Assembly: GCA_002633005.1 (NCBI GenBank)
Contig: NMRA01000126.1
Coordinates: forward strand, 264,979 to 328,978
Source of the DNA: Phoronis australis
Taxonomy: Eukaryota; Animalia; Phoronida
DNA: 64,000 nt
Reading direction: 5' to 3'
This document shows, in pieces, positions 36,601 through 47,573 of the stretch. Every line of letters begins with the position of its first letter. The stretch's first letter is position 1. The position numbers were made by a program, and so were the translations under genes. Below the pieces are notes generated by a model, which was not told the DNA's origin, searched no databases, and worked only from the letters and a program-made list of their open reading frames with translations.

Positions 36601-39285
36601 TGTGAGCTCCATACTTAGTTCACAGCCTACCAACGGGTATCTAGAGAACAGCAGCTTGTGGTTGTGGTGTTTTGAAAGAACTAAAGGCAGAGGCGTGGCT
36701 TTCTGGATATACATTACGAATTAAACTTAAACGACGTTCTTGTTCATGTTTTATATTTCACAACAATTCAAAGCGCTAAAATAATTCGTTCCATTTATTA
36801 ACTCTTTATCTTAATGCAGTCTTCGAACATGATATTCGCTGTTCTGGATCTATTAGACTATACAGGTAGTCCTAACGATGCTTTACTTACGCAAGAAAAC
36901 GTGATTTTTTTAAATCCATGAGTGTTTAATTAAAACATTGAAACGCAGGCACGTCAAATTTTTGTGCCACTTAGCATCAACACAATACAACAGCAAACAA
37001 AAACCGGAAGGTAGCAGTATTTTTGAACATTCGCCTGTACAAGGAAGACAAGCTTATTCGCCATAATATTCGTTATTGTTTGCATTACATAAAAGCAAGC
37101 TTGTGTACCGAAACCTGGAACTTCGAACTTCGAACATGGTTCCAGGTTACTCCCATCGGAGTGGCGTTTAACTCCACTTAAAACCTTTCCCAATGCAGGT
37201 GAGTTGCGCAACTCCGCAGTTTACATCACGAGTTTTGGGGGGACTGCCATGGCTGTTAAGTTCGGAAGTAACCCTTTTCCATGTACCGAAACTCCGCAAA
37301 ACTGGGAGTTGCGACATGAATTGGAAAGCAACAAGAATCCTCAGAGAACTCACGTCATTTGGTTATTTTGGAATGAATGTTGTCGGAATCAACAATTGTA
37401 AGAGAGAACCACTAACGAACACAACGACATGATGATGATAGGCAAATATCGCAGGAGTAGATAGCATACCCACTGCCAACTACACTGTACTAGGCTAGCG
37501 TCGTTGTACAATGAAGGTTCAACCAGTCCTTCGTAAATTAACTATACTCTGCATAAACAGCGAAGTGCCAATCGGAGCGTTTCGAAAATAAAAGGATGTG
37601 CTGAACGAGACGACTTATGGGAGGCGCATTATTAAGTGAGAGCAAATCTGAACCTGATTTTGGCATAATTGTGTGTCGAAGGTTAATGAACAAAACTAAT
37701 TTGTTTGCATGACATCTTTAGCACGGCTGATAGAAACATTGACAGAAAGGTCCCCTTTTACTTGAAAATGTTACTTTGATCGCAAAAAATGTGGGACTCA
37801 CACGCCGATTTTTGAGTTCAAATTTTGAGTAACTACCCTTCAGAATGTAAAAGAAGTTCGAATCCTGCCTAACTGTAAACGTCTGGGACACAACGCATTT
37901 AAGGTGCTCCGAAGTTGGGCTAGGCAGTTGCACCGTCTGAGCTAAGCCATCCAAGCTAAGTAAAGTCGGGGAGGATCAACTTATATATAGATGTGACATT
38001 TGATTCAAATATGGGGATCCCGCGCCCAAAATTCTTCTCTCGCGTACGTTACTTCCCTCTCGCGGCTGTATCTTCTCCACTTTTCGCATTTCTCAGGCGA
38101 TATTTATTTGTTCGCAAATGGACCAACCCTGCTCCTGCGCATTTATCTCTGTCCGCGAAGGCTATTCTGTAATGCGACGAATGGCGTCGATGTGGTATTT
38201 TGTTGGACATTGTCCGGTTGCATGAACCCGTCGCAACATCTTCATTGTGAGCTAATCGTTTGCTCGAAAGATCCCCCAATTTGGCGAATTGGGCAAAAAG
38301 GTCCGCCTCAGTGAAACAAAAAGTCCGAGTAAACGAGACAAAAGTCCACAAAAATCACGGGAAGTAGGCGCGGATGCACGGTGCGTGGGCCTGAACCTAG
38401 TGGCCCCGTTTTTTAGTCCTCGTGGATTTCTGTAACTAAAGGGTCTGCATACCGAAAAGTTCGAGCCCCCTATAACTTTAGGCTGGGTGCGCGCATGCAT
38501 AGTCGACTCCTTCTTGGGACTGTTGCAACAGGACACAGTCGGTAACCAGACCTTGGAATGTTTTTTAATGAACTTGGGTTGTTATTTTTGCAATCATTGA
38601 ATTTACTTATTTCTGCACCGGTCTCTCCTTTCAGTAAAAATATCTACAAGAAACAAACGCGCTTTTTTAAGTTTCTTTTGAGACGATGCCCCGACTTCCC
38701 AGCAACGCGACTCACAAGATGTTAACATTTATTAAGATTCAAACTTTCTTTGCTCTCACAATGCTAGTTTCACAAAATTTAAGTAAAAAAACCTCCATAT
38801 GTGTTACAAGTATCCTCTGCTTCGTTGCTACCAAATAATTGTTAATATCTCTTGGCAAGCAAAACGGACATTTTGCATTCGGCTCAAAAGCCTAAAAACT
38901 TAAAACACAAATCATTCTAAAAACCAAATGGATTGAACCACATGCAGGTTATCCGCATCTAAGAAGGTTTCTGGTAAAAACTTTAACTTGGCCATAATTA
39001 GTTACTTGTATCTTACCAATGTATCACCCAGGATGATATAAAGAAGCTTTAATATTATACCTTCAACTTTTCCATGTCTACACCAGAGCTGCCGTCACCA
39101 CCACATTTCTCATCGTACCCAGTGGTGTTTTCAACTGAAATTGCTACGTCATCAAGTGTTTTTTCGTCATTTCCAACATCTGGATTCAAATGGTTGTCAG
39201 CTTCCCCTGTTTGAAGACTTTCGGCATCTCCATTACGAACATCGACGCTGGTACTGTCGACTGCGTCTTCGCCTGAGATTGTCAT
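3413..39285 (-). CDS. Multi-exon gene (3'-incomplete in window): type II single-pass membrane protein with tandem [Thr-rich linker + poly-Pro + LDLa] modules; LDLRAD1-like or corin/TMPRSS-stem-like architecture
   Basis: Ten GT-AG bounded exons join in one frame with no stops: 225+157+216+204+3x183+3x207 = 1972 nt. Splice phase is 0 between exons 1 and 2 and 1 at every later junction. Domain order is acidic N-terminus, hydrophobic anchor, then 8 LDLa modules. No stop-containing terminal exon was recognised. Confidence 0.85.
5691..5897 (-). CDS. LDLa module exon A2 (PITTTTKTPVGRVRPPLNQILRLVRPPPPPKCEDYEYQCPVHYLCINRSAVCDQKEDCYEGEDEVNCT)
   Basis: ttgcag|AT ... ACT T|gtaagt; 207 nt, phase 1-1. Confidence 0.9.
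6624..6830 (-). CDS. LDLa module exon A3 (PITTTTTAPVSSLRRVPSQLTRIFKQPPPPKCEDYEYECPERYLCINRSAVCDQKEDCFEGEDEVNCT)
   Basis: ttgcag|AT ... ACT T|gtaagt; 207 nt, phase 1-1. Confidence 0.9.
9560..9742 (-). CDS. LDLa module exon B1
   Basis: ttacag|AT ... ACC C|gtaagt; 183 nt, phase 1-1. Confidence 0.88.
10677..10859 (-). CDS. LDLa module exon B2 (E-to-K variant of B1/B3)
   Basis: ttacag|AT ... ACC C|gtaagt; 183 nt, phase 1-1; 1117 bp from both neighbours. Confidence 0.88.
11794..11976 (-). CDS. LDLa module exon B3 (HTTTSAPSEWMPPFGFVVPPPPSCKDYEYSCRDDYLCINRNAICDQVRDCHNGDDEEDCT)
   Basis: ttatag|AT ... ACC C|gtaagt; 183 nt, phase 1-1. Confidence 0.88.
13972..14123. mobile_element. Small MITE with terminal inverted repeats
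   Basis: cgttcagtaacgctaggacct ... aggtcctagcgtctactgaacg; the internal aaaacgcaagacttcgcgagat motif recurs near 45795. Confidence 0.55.
19325..20160 (+). mobile_element. Interspersed non-autonomous repeat ending in a short palindrome (Helitron/Helentron-like, tentative)
   Basis: Begins caagagcgctc and ends cttggcgaaatttatttcgccaa (hairpin). The end motifs recur, truncated, at ~18948-18983 and ~19151-19170. Confidence 0.4.
21505..21777 (-). pseudogene. Orphan first exon of a SWIM zinc-finger gene of the type carried by Kolobok-group transposons
   Basis: MSEANTLSLNDVP...VQGKVFRSQRKPDEPP, then a frameshift, LNVTNDKATEAICSCKAG|gtatgt. The 'V..KV.RSQRK...P' and 'A.CSC.AG' SWIM signature is interrupted by a donor; no next exon was recognised. 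Confidence 0.55.
22547..22750 (-). CDS. LDLa module exon C (LAETTKPWKMAETTTAADVALFLSPPSKCADYQVECPNDGTCINQTTVCDRKNDCPGGEDESPNICP)
   Basis: gatgttacag|CT ... CCA T|gtgagt; 204 nt, phase 1-1; paralogous to exon D including the upstream intron flank. Confidence 0.9.
23452..23502. repeat. (GT)/(GCGT)n microsatellite
   Basis: tgtgtgtgcgtgcgtgcgggcgtgcgtgcgtgcgtgcgtgcgtgtgtgtgt. Confidence 0.9.
24377..28264 (+). mobile_element. Academ-type (AcademX-like) DNA transposon, decayed and internally deleted, in the C-D intron
   Basis: Imperfect ~250-bp TIRs (ctgggca..gatgatacaagcaccaaa..ccgactagcca..aaaaatccaa.atg.cggccatttttcaa at both ends); right end ...gcccagCTA fits the Academ TAG...CTA termini. It contains a broken ORF with TNWDKCCLCQ, DAIAQEVKYHPAC, FTTSAVDNIDHNPTATTA..FHG and a terminal Cys-rich CXC finger. 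The superfamily is assigned from motif recall. Confidence 0.75.
25458..27777 (+). pseudogene. Frameshifted Academ-type transposase
   Basis: Consecutive ORF pieces 25570-26103, 26007-26354, 26461-26700, 26764-27147, 27120-27596 and 27430-27777 form one colinear protein from ATG 25458 (MASSKTFWRTNWDKCCLCQ) to CSKKGCIQRCKCFRTGLSCTALCSCACDQ*. Confidence 0.8.
28360..28641. mobile_element. MITE with terminal inverted repeats
   Basis: gtttcatgaa...gacttaagacagaaatttggtctta versus tgagaccaaatttctggcttaagtc...ttcatgaaac. Confidence 0.55.
28755..28970 (-). CDS. LDLa module exon D (QSKTTRTPATDETTTP...PPSRCEYYQVECPNDTTCINHTAICDQKNDCPGGEDEDPMHCA)
   Basis: gatgttacag|CT ... GCA C|gtgagt; 216 nt, phase 1-1; six-Cys LDLa spacing with DC..GEDE. 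Confidence 0.9.
29343..29451. repeat. ~109-bp imperfect palindrome
   Basis: agtcgttatcccccgtaatctagagcccgagtgaattttggagaatta / taattctacaaaattcacgagagctctagataagggggataacgact. Confidence 0.85.
30669..32016. mobile_element. Non-autonomous DNA transposon (cataggcggat...ccgccactg termini), host of a nested MITE
   Basis: Short G-rich TIRs; ctatta is duplicated on both flanks. An inverted partial second copy lies at 52253-53002. It contains a tRNA-like A/B-box segment at ~31782-31840. Confidence 0.7.
31003..31396. mobile_element. Young MITE with ~125-bp near-perfect TIRs and 6-bp TSD (TCTGCT)
   Basis: ccacaggcgtcctcagc... / ...gctgaggacgcctgtgg; tctgct at 30997-31002 and 31397-31402; the empty site is visible in the paralogous copy near 52870. 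Confidence 0.9.
32256..32412 (-). CDS. Coding exon 2: signal-anchor transmembrane exon (VTIGEDDEKHVDEKDSIRAIDDGRNPKK-LAIILFIVCASAIAVTVGLGVYF-S)
   Basis: Strong acceptor tttctttctttttccggccacag|GTG and donor TCA A|gtaagt; 157 nt, phase 0 to 1. A 23-residue hydrophobic stretch is preceded by RNPKK, so the positive-inside rule puts the N-terminus in the cytoplasm. Absent from the ORF track. Confidence 0.88.
39061..39285 (-). CDS. Coding exon 1: acidic cytoplasmic N-terminus (MTISGEDAVD...GVDMEKLK)
   Basis: ATG at 39285 has an in-frame TGA 12 codons upstream. The exon ends AAG|gtataa (phase 0), matching the phase-0 acceptor of the TM exon (...EKLK|VTIGEDD...). D/E-rich composition continues across the junction. 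Confidence 0.72.
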
Positions 39286-39328
39286 CTCACTTCTGCGTTC
39301 TGAGTTCTTGGCCAGGGATCACTTCGCT

Positions 39329-39363
39329 AATGACCCTGCTTACGACACAAGTGTGGTTTTATG
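39329..39363 (-). promoter_or_regulatory. Candidate core promoter of the LDLa gene (TATA-like CATAAAA plus Inr-like TCATT)
   Basis: Minus-strand CATAAAA begins 32 nt before the A of TCATT (39331), which lies 46 nt upstream of the ATG. Spacing fits TATA/Inr, but the motifs are short. Confidence 0.3.
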
Positions 39364-39905
39364 CAACGTGTTTGTCTGCTCTACTGGATCATACATCCTG
39401 CACGCGCATGAATAAGGAATCAAGAATCGTGCAAAAGGTCTTCGAGGATTTACGCAACCGAACAATAAATCCCGGGGTTCATACATGTGACTTCTGAGAC
39501 TGGGTACATGAATTAAAACTTCTATTTCATGAATAGTTTTGCAATCTCTCTCCCATACAAAAGTGGTGCACGCATGGTTAATCATATATGGCAGTATTTG
39601 ACTTTAATGCTGCAGACTCATCTGTATGTATTTGCTAGTGTACTAGTTTTTGTTTGTACATAAAATTCATTATCTTTAGATACAACGTAAGTACGCAGTT
39701 GTACTCCTAAATTGTTATAATCACTTGAGCTATTCCTTAAACTAACTAAGCAATAGATTAGCGCCCAACACAAATTAGGGGCCCTGCCTCGTAGCCAAAG
39801 AGGCCGGAAGATGTGGCTATTAGGAGTGGGGGTGGAAATTGTTTTGCCGGGTAGTGAAAGATTACGGCTATCGGGGAGATGGGAAAAGCTATAGATCTTG
39901 AGTAG

Positions 39906-41064
39906 GTGGAAACTGTAGTGTCTAAGGGAATTGGGACTACCAGAGCAGCTCAAGTTACTACGGCCCCTGAATTTTGTAATAGCTTAAGAACTCCCAGAAA
40001 CCTTAATCCGACAAACAATTTCTTCACGGAAATTGGCGATGGATGGCCTACCGCAGAACACAAGAATGAGGTGGTTTGTTATACGGACGGCTCTAAACTG
40101 GAAAATGGCCAGACAGGTGCTGGGGTCTATTTTCCAAGCCTTCCTGTTGCAGATGCAGAAAACTGGGTATCGCTAGGCAATCTTGCCACGGTGTTTCAGG
40201 CTGAGATCACTGCAGTTAATAGAGCTGCTCAACTGGCACAACAATATAACACTGAACTTGGCAATCGGCCAATTACCATCTTTTCAGATAGCCAGGCAGC
40301 AATAAAAGCCCTAAAGAAACTAAGGGTCAACTCTCGTTGGGTTAATGCTAGTATTAATGAGCTTAACAAGCTTGTAATTGAAAGAACAGTCAATATACGC
40401 TGGGTCAGGGCCCATGTGGGAATTGATGGTAATGAGAATGCAGACAGACTCGCAAAGATAGGAGCAAGTGTTCTGCATTTTGTGCCTGAACCTGCTATCC
40501 CGGTATCTTACGGATGTTGCAGGATGAGTATACGCAACTGGGTACATACCCAGTCAGCAGCCCAGTGGTCATCACTTAACTCCTGCAGAGAGACCAAGGA
40601 GAATTTTCCCAACGTGATCGAACCACAGGTTCAAAAAGCCTTCTGAGTCTAGATAGATTGGGTATAAGACATGTCATTCAAATTTTGACGGGCCACTGCA
40701 ACCTAGCCCGACACAGACACATTACTGGGCATATGGGGAGCCCTGTGTTTCCGCCTGAGTGTGGTACTGACGTAGAATCTCCTAAACACCTGGTAGAGTC
40801 TTGCCCAGCTTTTTATAGGCTAAGGAGCAACCTACTGGATGGCACTGTTACATGCCTACAACATATAGTGCATGGCTACAAATGGAAATGTCTGTCCGTT
40901 TTCCTATAGGAGACTGGCAGATTTGAAAACTTTCTTCACGAGGAGCCATAATTGGGCTCTCGTGCTTTTGCTCAGGTGTTTTGTGCAATGGGCCCAACCA
41001 TGAGGTCTCTGCACGTCTGATGCACCGCAAATGACATCAGACCACCTGCACTGTTTTTTTTTTA
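39906..41064 (+). mobile_element. 5'-truncated non-LTR retrotransposon 3' end: RNase H, Cys/His finger and structured 3' tail (LOA/I-group-like)
   Basis: YTDGSK..GAGVY, TVFQAEITA, IFSDSQAAIKAL and WVRAHVGIDGNENADRLAK are RNase H motifs with the acidic catalytic residues intact. They are followed, in a shifted frame, by ILTGHCNLARH...CG..VESPKHLVESCPA and a T-rich tail at 41054-41064. Confidence 0.85.
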
Positions 41065-41614
41065 ATCCGACATTCTTTGAAACGTCTAATTTAGGCCGCT
41101 TTTCACTCCCCCCCCGGCATGAACGATGGTTTATTGCGGCGCAGGTGTTAAACCAAATTCCTCCGTTAGCTGCGATAAATACATCACCGCGATATTGACA
41201 GTATCCAGCCGGCTGAGATCATTATAATTGGAAGACTGTGTTTGTGAACTGTTAATGACATGCATTGATTACATTTTATTGTCAACTTTTTAAGTTTGAT
41301 GCTGAAAACACGGCCTCAGTGCCGTATTATTCCTTAAGAAACTTAGGGTTCTGCATAAACCAGAATGCCCCTCGCTAGAGGGGCTTCAGCTTATAAGTGG
41401 TCCATGTTTGGGGTCCGGATGTTAAATAATAGTGAAACGGGGGTGCAATTTTGGCAGAAGGCAGATGTCGCGAACCGAAGGCAAATCTAATTGCCAGAGT
41501 CTACACAACATTTAAATCCAGGAGATCCTAAGTGTTATCCGCAATGCAGCAGTACCAGGTTACCGTTATCAACTCTTAACTACCAACGTTTTACGATCCA
41601 ACTATACTTGCACA

Positions 41615-41738
41615 TTGAAAGATTTTGGGGCTCAACAGTATCGAAGCCCAAGCCATCAAACATTGAGCTAGATCCAGATGGCGAAATGTGTTTCAACCCA
41701 ATCAAAATTTCAAAAGCATTCAATTCCCATTTCTCCGC
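41615..41738 (+). mobile_element. Short CR1/L2-group LINE ORF2 fragment
   Basis: KPKPSNIELDPDGEMCFNPIKISKAFNSHFSA resembles the '..I.L..DG....D...IA..FN.HFS' segment between endonuclease and RT. Confidence 0.5.
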
Positions 41739-42740
41739 AACAAGTTTACTCTGCAGTGAAAGGGACCGCATAACGAAGTTTCAGTAGCAGTAACCAGTAT
41801 GGACTGCAGGGTCAACATGAATGGCAAGATAAATCCAATCTGTGAAAGGCACATCAATAAGGTCAGCGAGGCAACACAGGGGCCAGCAATCAAGCCGTCA
41901 ATATTGTGTTGATTGAGGAGTGTGAGACTGGTGAGGCGACCCTTCTCAACGGTTTGGAGATTCGACCAGAATTTCACGGCGAGACATGCGAGGACGTTAA
42001 GCTGTGCGATTCTTTAACGCCAAAACAGCGTGAGGAAGTACTCCAACTCCTATCTGACTACAATCTTAACCAAATAACCTGTCGAGATTGACTTGACCAG
42101 CCATGTCATTGAGCTGACAACTCAACAGCCAGTGACAGTGACATCATGTCGGACGAAGGAACGGTAAGAGATGTTGAAGATGAGCATCGTTGAATCTTAC
42201 ACGTCAGCTTCAAAATCTCCTGCAGTGTTGGTGCCTAAGAAGGACCGTACAACGTCGTTTTGTGTTGATTGCTGGCGGCTAATGCACTGACCAGATTTGA
42301 TAAAGTGACCATGAGTAACGAAGCGATCATGGCTACGCTGTGTGTTCAACGTTTTTTCTCGAAGTTCGACTTCTGAAATGGTTACCAGCAGATTCCCATG
42401 GATGAGGAATGTAAAATAAAAACATCTTTTGTTACCCACTTTAGGATACTATTTTGCTTGGTGAACTCTACTGCCACATTCAACAGGATGATGCGAAGCA
42501 TGTTGGAGGATTCAGACAATATGCATCAGTATGTCGACGATGTACACTGTCACGTGGGAAGAACATCTCTATACACTGAAGGATTTGTTTCAGCAAGTAA
42601 GACAAGCAGGTTTGACTATAAGACTGTCGAAATACACCATCGGCTCAATTAGGAGGTGGAGTACGTGTCTTGGACATCTAATCGGAAAACAAAACAGATA
42701 GCTGTGGACAAGCAGAAGCTTGCGCATATTCAAGATGTAC
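41739..42740 (+). mobile_element. Decayed Ty3/Gypsy pol fragment (integrase C-terminus followed by RT)
   Basis: NKFTLQ*KGP...DCRVNMNGK...HIN; LTPKQREEVLQLLSDY; SPAVLVPKKD..FCVD; GYQQIPMDEECKIKTSFVT; LVNSTATFNRMM; YVDDV. Many frameshifts. Confidence 0.8.
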
Positions 42741-44171
42741 AAAATCCATTTATCGCTAATATTTAACTTCTAGACAATGTAAATATAGCCGCTGCTGCAG
42801 TCTTGCTGTAAAGTGGCACCAAAGGGGGCCTCTCGATTAAAGGCTTTGTCGTCAACAGGTGGCGTGGTGTACAATACCAAGTCGCTTTACCTTTCGATGG
42901 TTTGTTATAATATATTCCAGGACACTGAGCCGTCATCCCGGGTGTGTTATTTGACCACGTTTTGTTCGGAAAATTAAGATCAAGACAACTATTACTGAAA
43001 CAAAACGGCAAAATCGTTTCTTTGCTCTGTCTCAGTGATTGCGACCAATGCAGCAGCTTGTGGCTATTAGAAATGGTCACAGCTAATACATGAACATATT
43101 TGCCCAGTCGCTGGTAATTTGTCAGGTGTCAAGGATTCTAAATCCCGGTGCTATGACACTTAGCCTACCGAAACGATCGATTGTCATGATGTACGCATGC
43201 TTCAAACAATTAGTTAAAAATTATCCCTCCTTATAACCTTGACAAAATCTTTGCTTTTGTGGTGAAAATAATTAGATTCCGTACTACTGTCCGAGTGAAA
43301 TTCAAATTTATTTTAAGAAATCATGCCACGGCCAAGGCCCCGACAGAACTGCACTGAAGACGAAAATGTGCAACTTCTAACTTAAATTTGAGATTGGCGT
43401 CAATAAAGAATCCTTGCCAGCATAATCAAAAAACGTTTTGATACTGTTTGAAAGTCTCACATTCACTGGAGCAAACCCCTCATTTTCGTAGTCCGTCTTC
43501 ACAATGAAGTCTCATGTCTACTGGACACGAGCAGCGACATCTGTTAGAAGTAAAGCCCTTGGTCGACCGATTTGCTCATAGCAATGACAACAATGAAAAA
43601 ATGCCCACTTTAAGAAATTAATTCTGTAGCTTACGTGAGTTCTTCCAGGTTGACGCACTTCAATTAAGCCATTGTGGCGTTTCTAATTCTTCAAAATGCG
43701 TTGAAAAAATGCCCGATAACAGTTTGTGACAGCGGTGATGAATCACTCTCTGATTGGATTCTTTCAATCAGTAAGTGTGCCAATTTTCACCTTTTCACAT
43801 TGTATTGCACGCCCATGATAAATTCAGTGGTATTTCTGTAAAATCACACTCAGTTTAATTAATCACCTAAGAGAAAATCTATCTAGAGTACAAACGATGG
43901 AAAGAACTCACTTGGTACACGAAAGTGTTTCCATACGATTAACACTTTGCAACTCAACGTCTATAAAAGCGTAACGCTAGAAGTCGGCAAGTAGTAATGT
44001 AATTAAATTATATTTAAAAATTTTCAGCACTATTTAATGTACATTTCTAACTGGAAATTTCCCAATCGTCTGCTTGCTCTGCTATTTTAACCAATTACCA
44101 AAGATAAAGGGGTCCGCGATTTAGAGTTGAGCGCTTGTGGGCTTGCCTGGTAGAACACAATGAATTCAGGG

Positions 44172-44182
44172 TAATAATAATA

Positions 44183-44274
<92 letters not shown>
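44172..44274. repeat. (TAA)n-(ATG)n microsatellite running into an assembly gap
   Basis: About 30 perfect ATG units abut the Ns. Confidence 0.95.
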
Positions 44275-45025
44275 NNNNNNNNNNNNNNNNNNNNNNNNNN
44301 NNNNNNNNNNNNNNNNNNNNNNNNNNNNNNNNNNNNNNNNNNNNNNNNNNNNNNNNNNNNNNNNNNNNNNNNNNNNNNNNNNNNNNNNNNNNNNNNNNNN
44401 NNNNNNNNNNNNNNNNNNNNNNNNNNNNNNNNNNNNNNNNNNNNNNNNNNNNNNNNNNNNNNNNNNNNNNNNNNNNNNNNNNNNNNNNNNNNNNNNNNNN
44501 NNNNNNNNNNNNNNNNNNNNNNNNNNNNNNNNNNNNNNNNNNNNNNNNNNNNNNNNNNNNNNNNNNNNNNNNNNNNNNNNNNNNNNNNNNNNNNNNNNNN
44601 NNNNNNNNNNNNNNNNNNNNNNNNNNNNNNNNNNNNNNNNNNNNNNNNNNNNNNNNNNNNNNNNNNNNNNNNNNNNNNNNNNNNNNNNNNNNNNNNNNNN
44701 NNNNNNNNNNNNNNNNNNNNNNNNNNNNNNNNNNNNNNNNNNNNNNNNNNNNNNNNNNNNNNNNNNNNNNNNNNNNNNNNNNNNNNNNNNNNNNNNNNNN
44801 NNNNNNNNNNNNNNNNNNNNNNNNNNNNNNNNNNNNNNNNNNNNNNNNNNNNNNNNNNNNNNNNNNNNNNNNNNNNNNNNNNNNNNNNNNNNNNNNNNNN
44901 NNNNNNNNNNNNNNNNNNNNNNNNNNNNNNNNNNNNNNNNNNNNNNNNNNNNNNNNNNNNNNNNNNNNNNNNNNNNNNNNNNNNNNNNNNNNNNNNNNNN
45001 NNNNNNNNNNNNNNNNNNNNNNNNN
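44275..45025. other. Assembly gap (N run)
   Basis: 751 consecutive N. Confidence 0.99.
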
Positions 45026-47573
45026 CTGCCAAATGGAATCTGGGAGAATTTCAGGGGGCATCCCCCCCCCCCCTCTAAATCCGCCACTGGTTTTTTTCCT
45101 CCTTATCTCGGCTTCGCTTGTCATCCGAAGCCGGGGTGATCGGCGATAGCTATAATTTGCAGTCGTACTGGAATGGAGTTTTCATTGCAAATAAGTTGTA
45201 TACATTTTTTCTTTGTATCAAAATCAACTTGCAGTATGAATAGTGACCCTGTGGTGGATGTTATGAAAACGTGATTGGCCTTTGAAATTACCCGATCAGT
45301 ATTACAATTATCGGCATTCTAAATGCGCTCCAGAGTTGAGCACAGGACTAGTGGTTCTCAGGTGGATAACGCTGAATATTTTGGGAATGGCGTGATAGCA
45401 ACCTTTTGAAATTCTATGCGATATCTTTAGTAAAATATAGGCTTGCATACTTTTAACTCTCCCGTCCACTTAATCGAAAACATGGTGAATTGGTTTCTTT
45501 ACTCTGCCAGTTACATATTCAAGATGGTGGACGACAGTTTTACTCCTGTATCTATGGTGTTACTAACTGCGTTCAGAAAAGCAAGCTTTTGCGAACGTGC
45601 GGTTCTGTAAATAAGACGGCCCGCACGCAAGCTCTGTGCGTCCAAGACTAGTTGCACAAAATTTTAAGACCAAGAAATACTTGTTTTTTTTCAAATAAAA
45701 GTCTAAGGGTGTCGATCGTGGGTACACTGTCAATTGTGGGTACCCCCTTGCTAATAGGTTGTGTCGTGCGTTCCGTGCGCATGAGAACTTAATGAAAACG
45801 CAAGACTTCGCGAGATGTAACTCATGAGAAACACGTGATTACGGTACCTTCCTTCGCCACGAGATTCCTACGGAGCTCATTCCTGAGCCCGAAGTCTAAT
45901 CTTTTTACTCGAAATCAAACTTTCCGTTCTTCTTTAGTACAAACTCAAGATTATTGTCTATTATTCTGTACTCGAACATATGATTTACGCAGATGGGTCT
46001 CTTTTTCAAGGTTGCACTTGATAACCCCGAAATACCTGCTACAAATTCCAGATTTCGAGTTTATCCCTACAGCTTTAATACTGGAGTCATCAAGCGCAAA
46101 ATAGGATCACACGATGAACCGTGTAAACCATAATTTAGTTGAGCATAGAATTAGACAATTATTTTGAGTTCGTATTTGAGTAGAATGGAAAATACCAAAA
46201 ATATTTTCGACATTTGCTGTTATCCTTTTATACGTACTCAAGACGAGTTTTTTGTTGCCTTTATAGATAGGTTTGAACAGCTTTTGAAAAAACTCCGAAG
46301 GCAGATGAGCGCTGTTTTTCAGTAACGTAGAGGCTCATGTTTCAAATGAGTCGGGAGCAGTCGAGACCATTGGCCTGATACGTTGGTGATTAAATGTTCC
46401 GAGATGGGTCAGGACTTTCCCTGTAGTGAGCGTTATTGCCCTACATGCCTAGGTGCATTCTGCACTCCACCTGAGAACAACTGCTATCGAGCCGTCATCT
46501 CATCTGCAAATGTAAATGCTCATGTGCACTATTGCGTTGCTGTAAACTGCAATAATTCTGTTTCATTTTACATTTTTCCAAATCCATTTGTTTTTATAGT
46601 ATTCATGCTGCTGCTAAATCCTGTGTCAAAATGTGTGTACTCTATGCTGTGGCGTTTTTTAACTAAGCCTGGCTGAGAGGGATTGCCTAGGAACATTAGC
46701 AATCGAAAGGCAATATATGTATTGTAGCAAAGAAAATAATTTTAAGCTGAGAAAGCACAAATGGGTAGGGTATTTGGGTGTCTTTTCGCTGGGATGTGAA
46801 AATATAGCATACAAATATACACAGTAACTCGTGACGTAAACGGGTTATGGGCTGTTTGATTTTTGCTTGTGACGATGAAAAATACTTTGACTGTATCTGT
46901 TGAACTCGTTTCAATCATCTTGACATTCGTAATTCATAATTGTTACCACCGGCACTCCAAGGGCAGCAGTTGTGTTTTTATGTTTACGCGTATATGTGTA
47001 ATCGAAATTCAGAGCATTATAATACGTTCTTGAATACTACGAAGCTGTAAGCACCAATGAAAAATCGCGTGCATCTAACATTTGGTCGAGCAAACTTTGA
47101 ATCAGAAATCAGTTAGGTGACAGACGGGTAGGACTTGACGATAATGAAGTTATTTCTGTTATCAAGTCTGTAGAAAGAATATGAATACCAAATCTCGAAC
47201 ACACTTCACATACCCTCAAAGGCGAGTCAGTCAACGAAGAACAAGAAAGTAGAAGTATTTGGAGCAGTGAAGAGTGCTTTGTGAGACTTTGTTCCTACAG
47301 TGGATTAGACGATAATTTGTAAACACGGCTGCCACTCGCTGCGTTAATTTTTGCAAAGGGTATTCCTGTCTGTGTGGGCTCTGAGTATCACGAGCATGAT
47401 ATTTTCGATAAGATCAGACACACGCGACAGCACCTTCAAGTCAGCGACCTGCTTTCGTCCGAAATACTTTTATCCAATTATATTTACCCACGTCAGCTAC
47501 AGTGAAGATGAAGATAATCCCCTTGCGTTTCTATTTAAGACCAGCCTCATTAGATCATTTCTCACGTGGTTTT

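Noticed and set aside
44087-45139. Long ORFs with poly-His/Ile/Met/Ser
   Set aside because: Artefacts of the (ATG)n microsatellite and the N gap.
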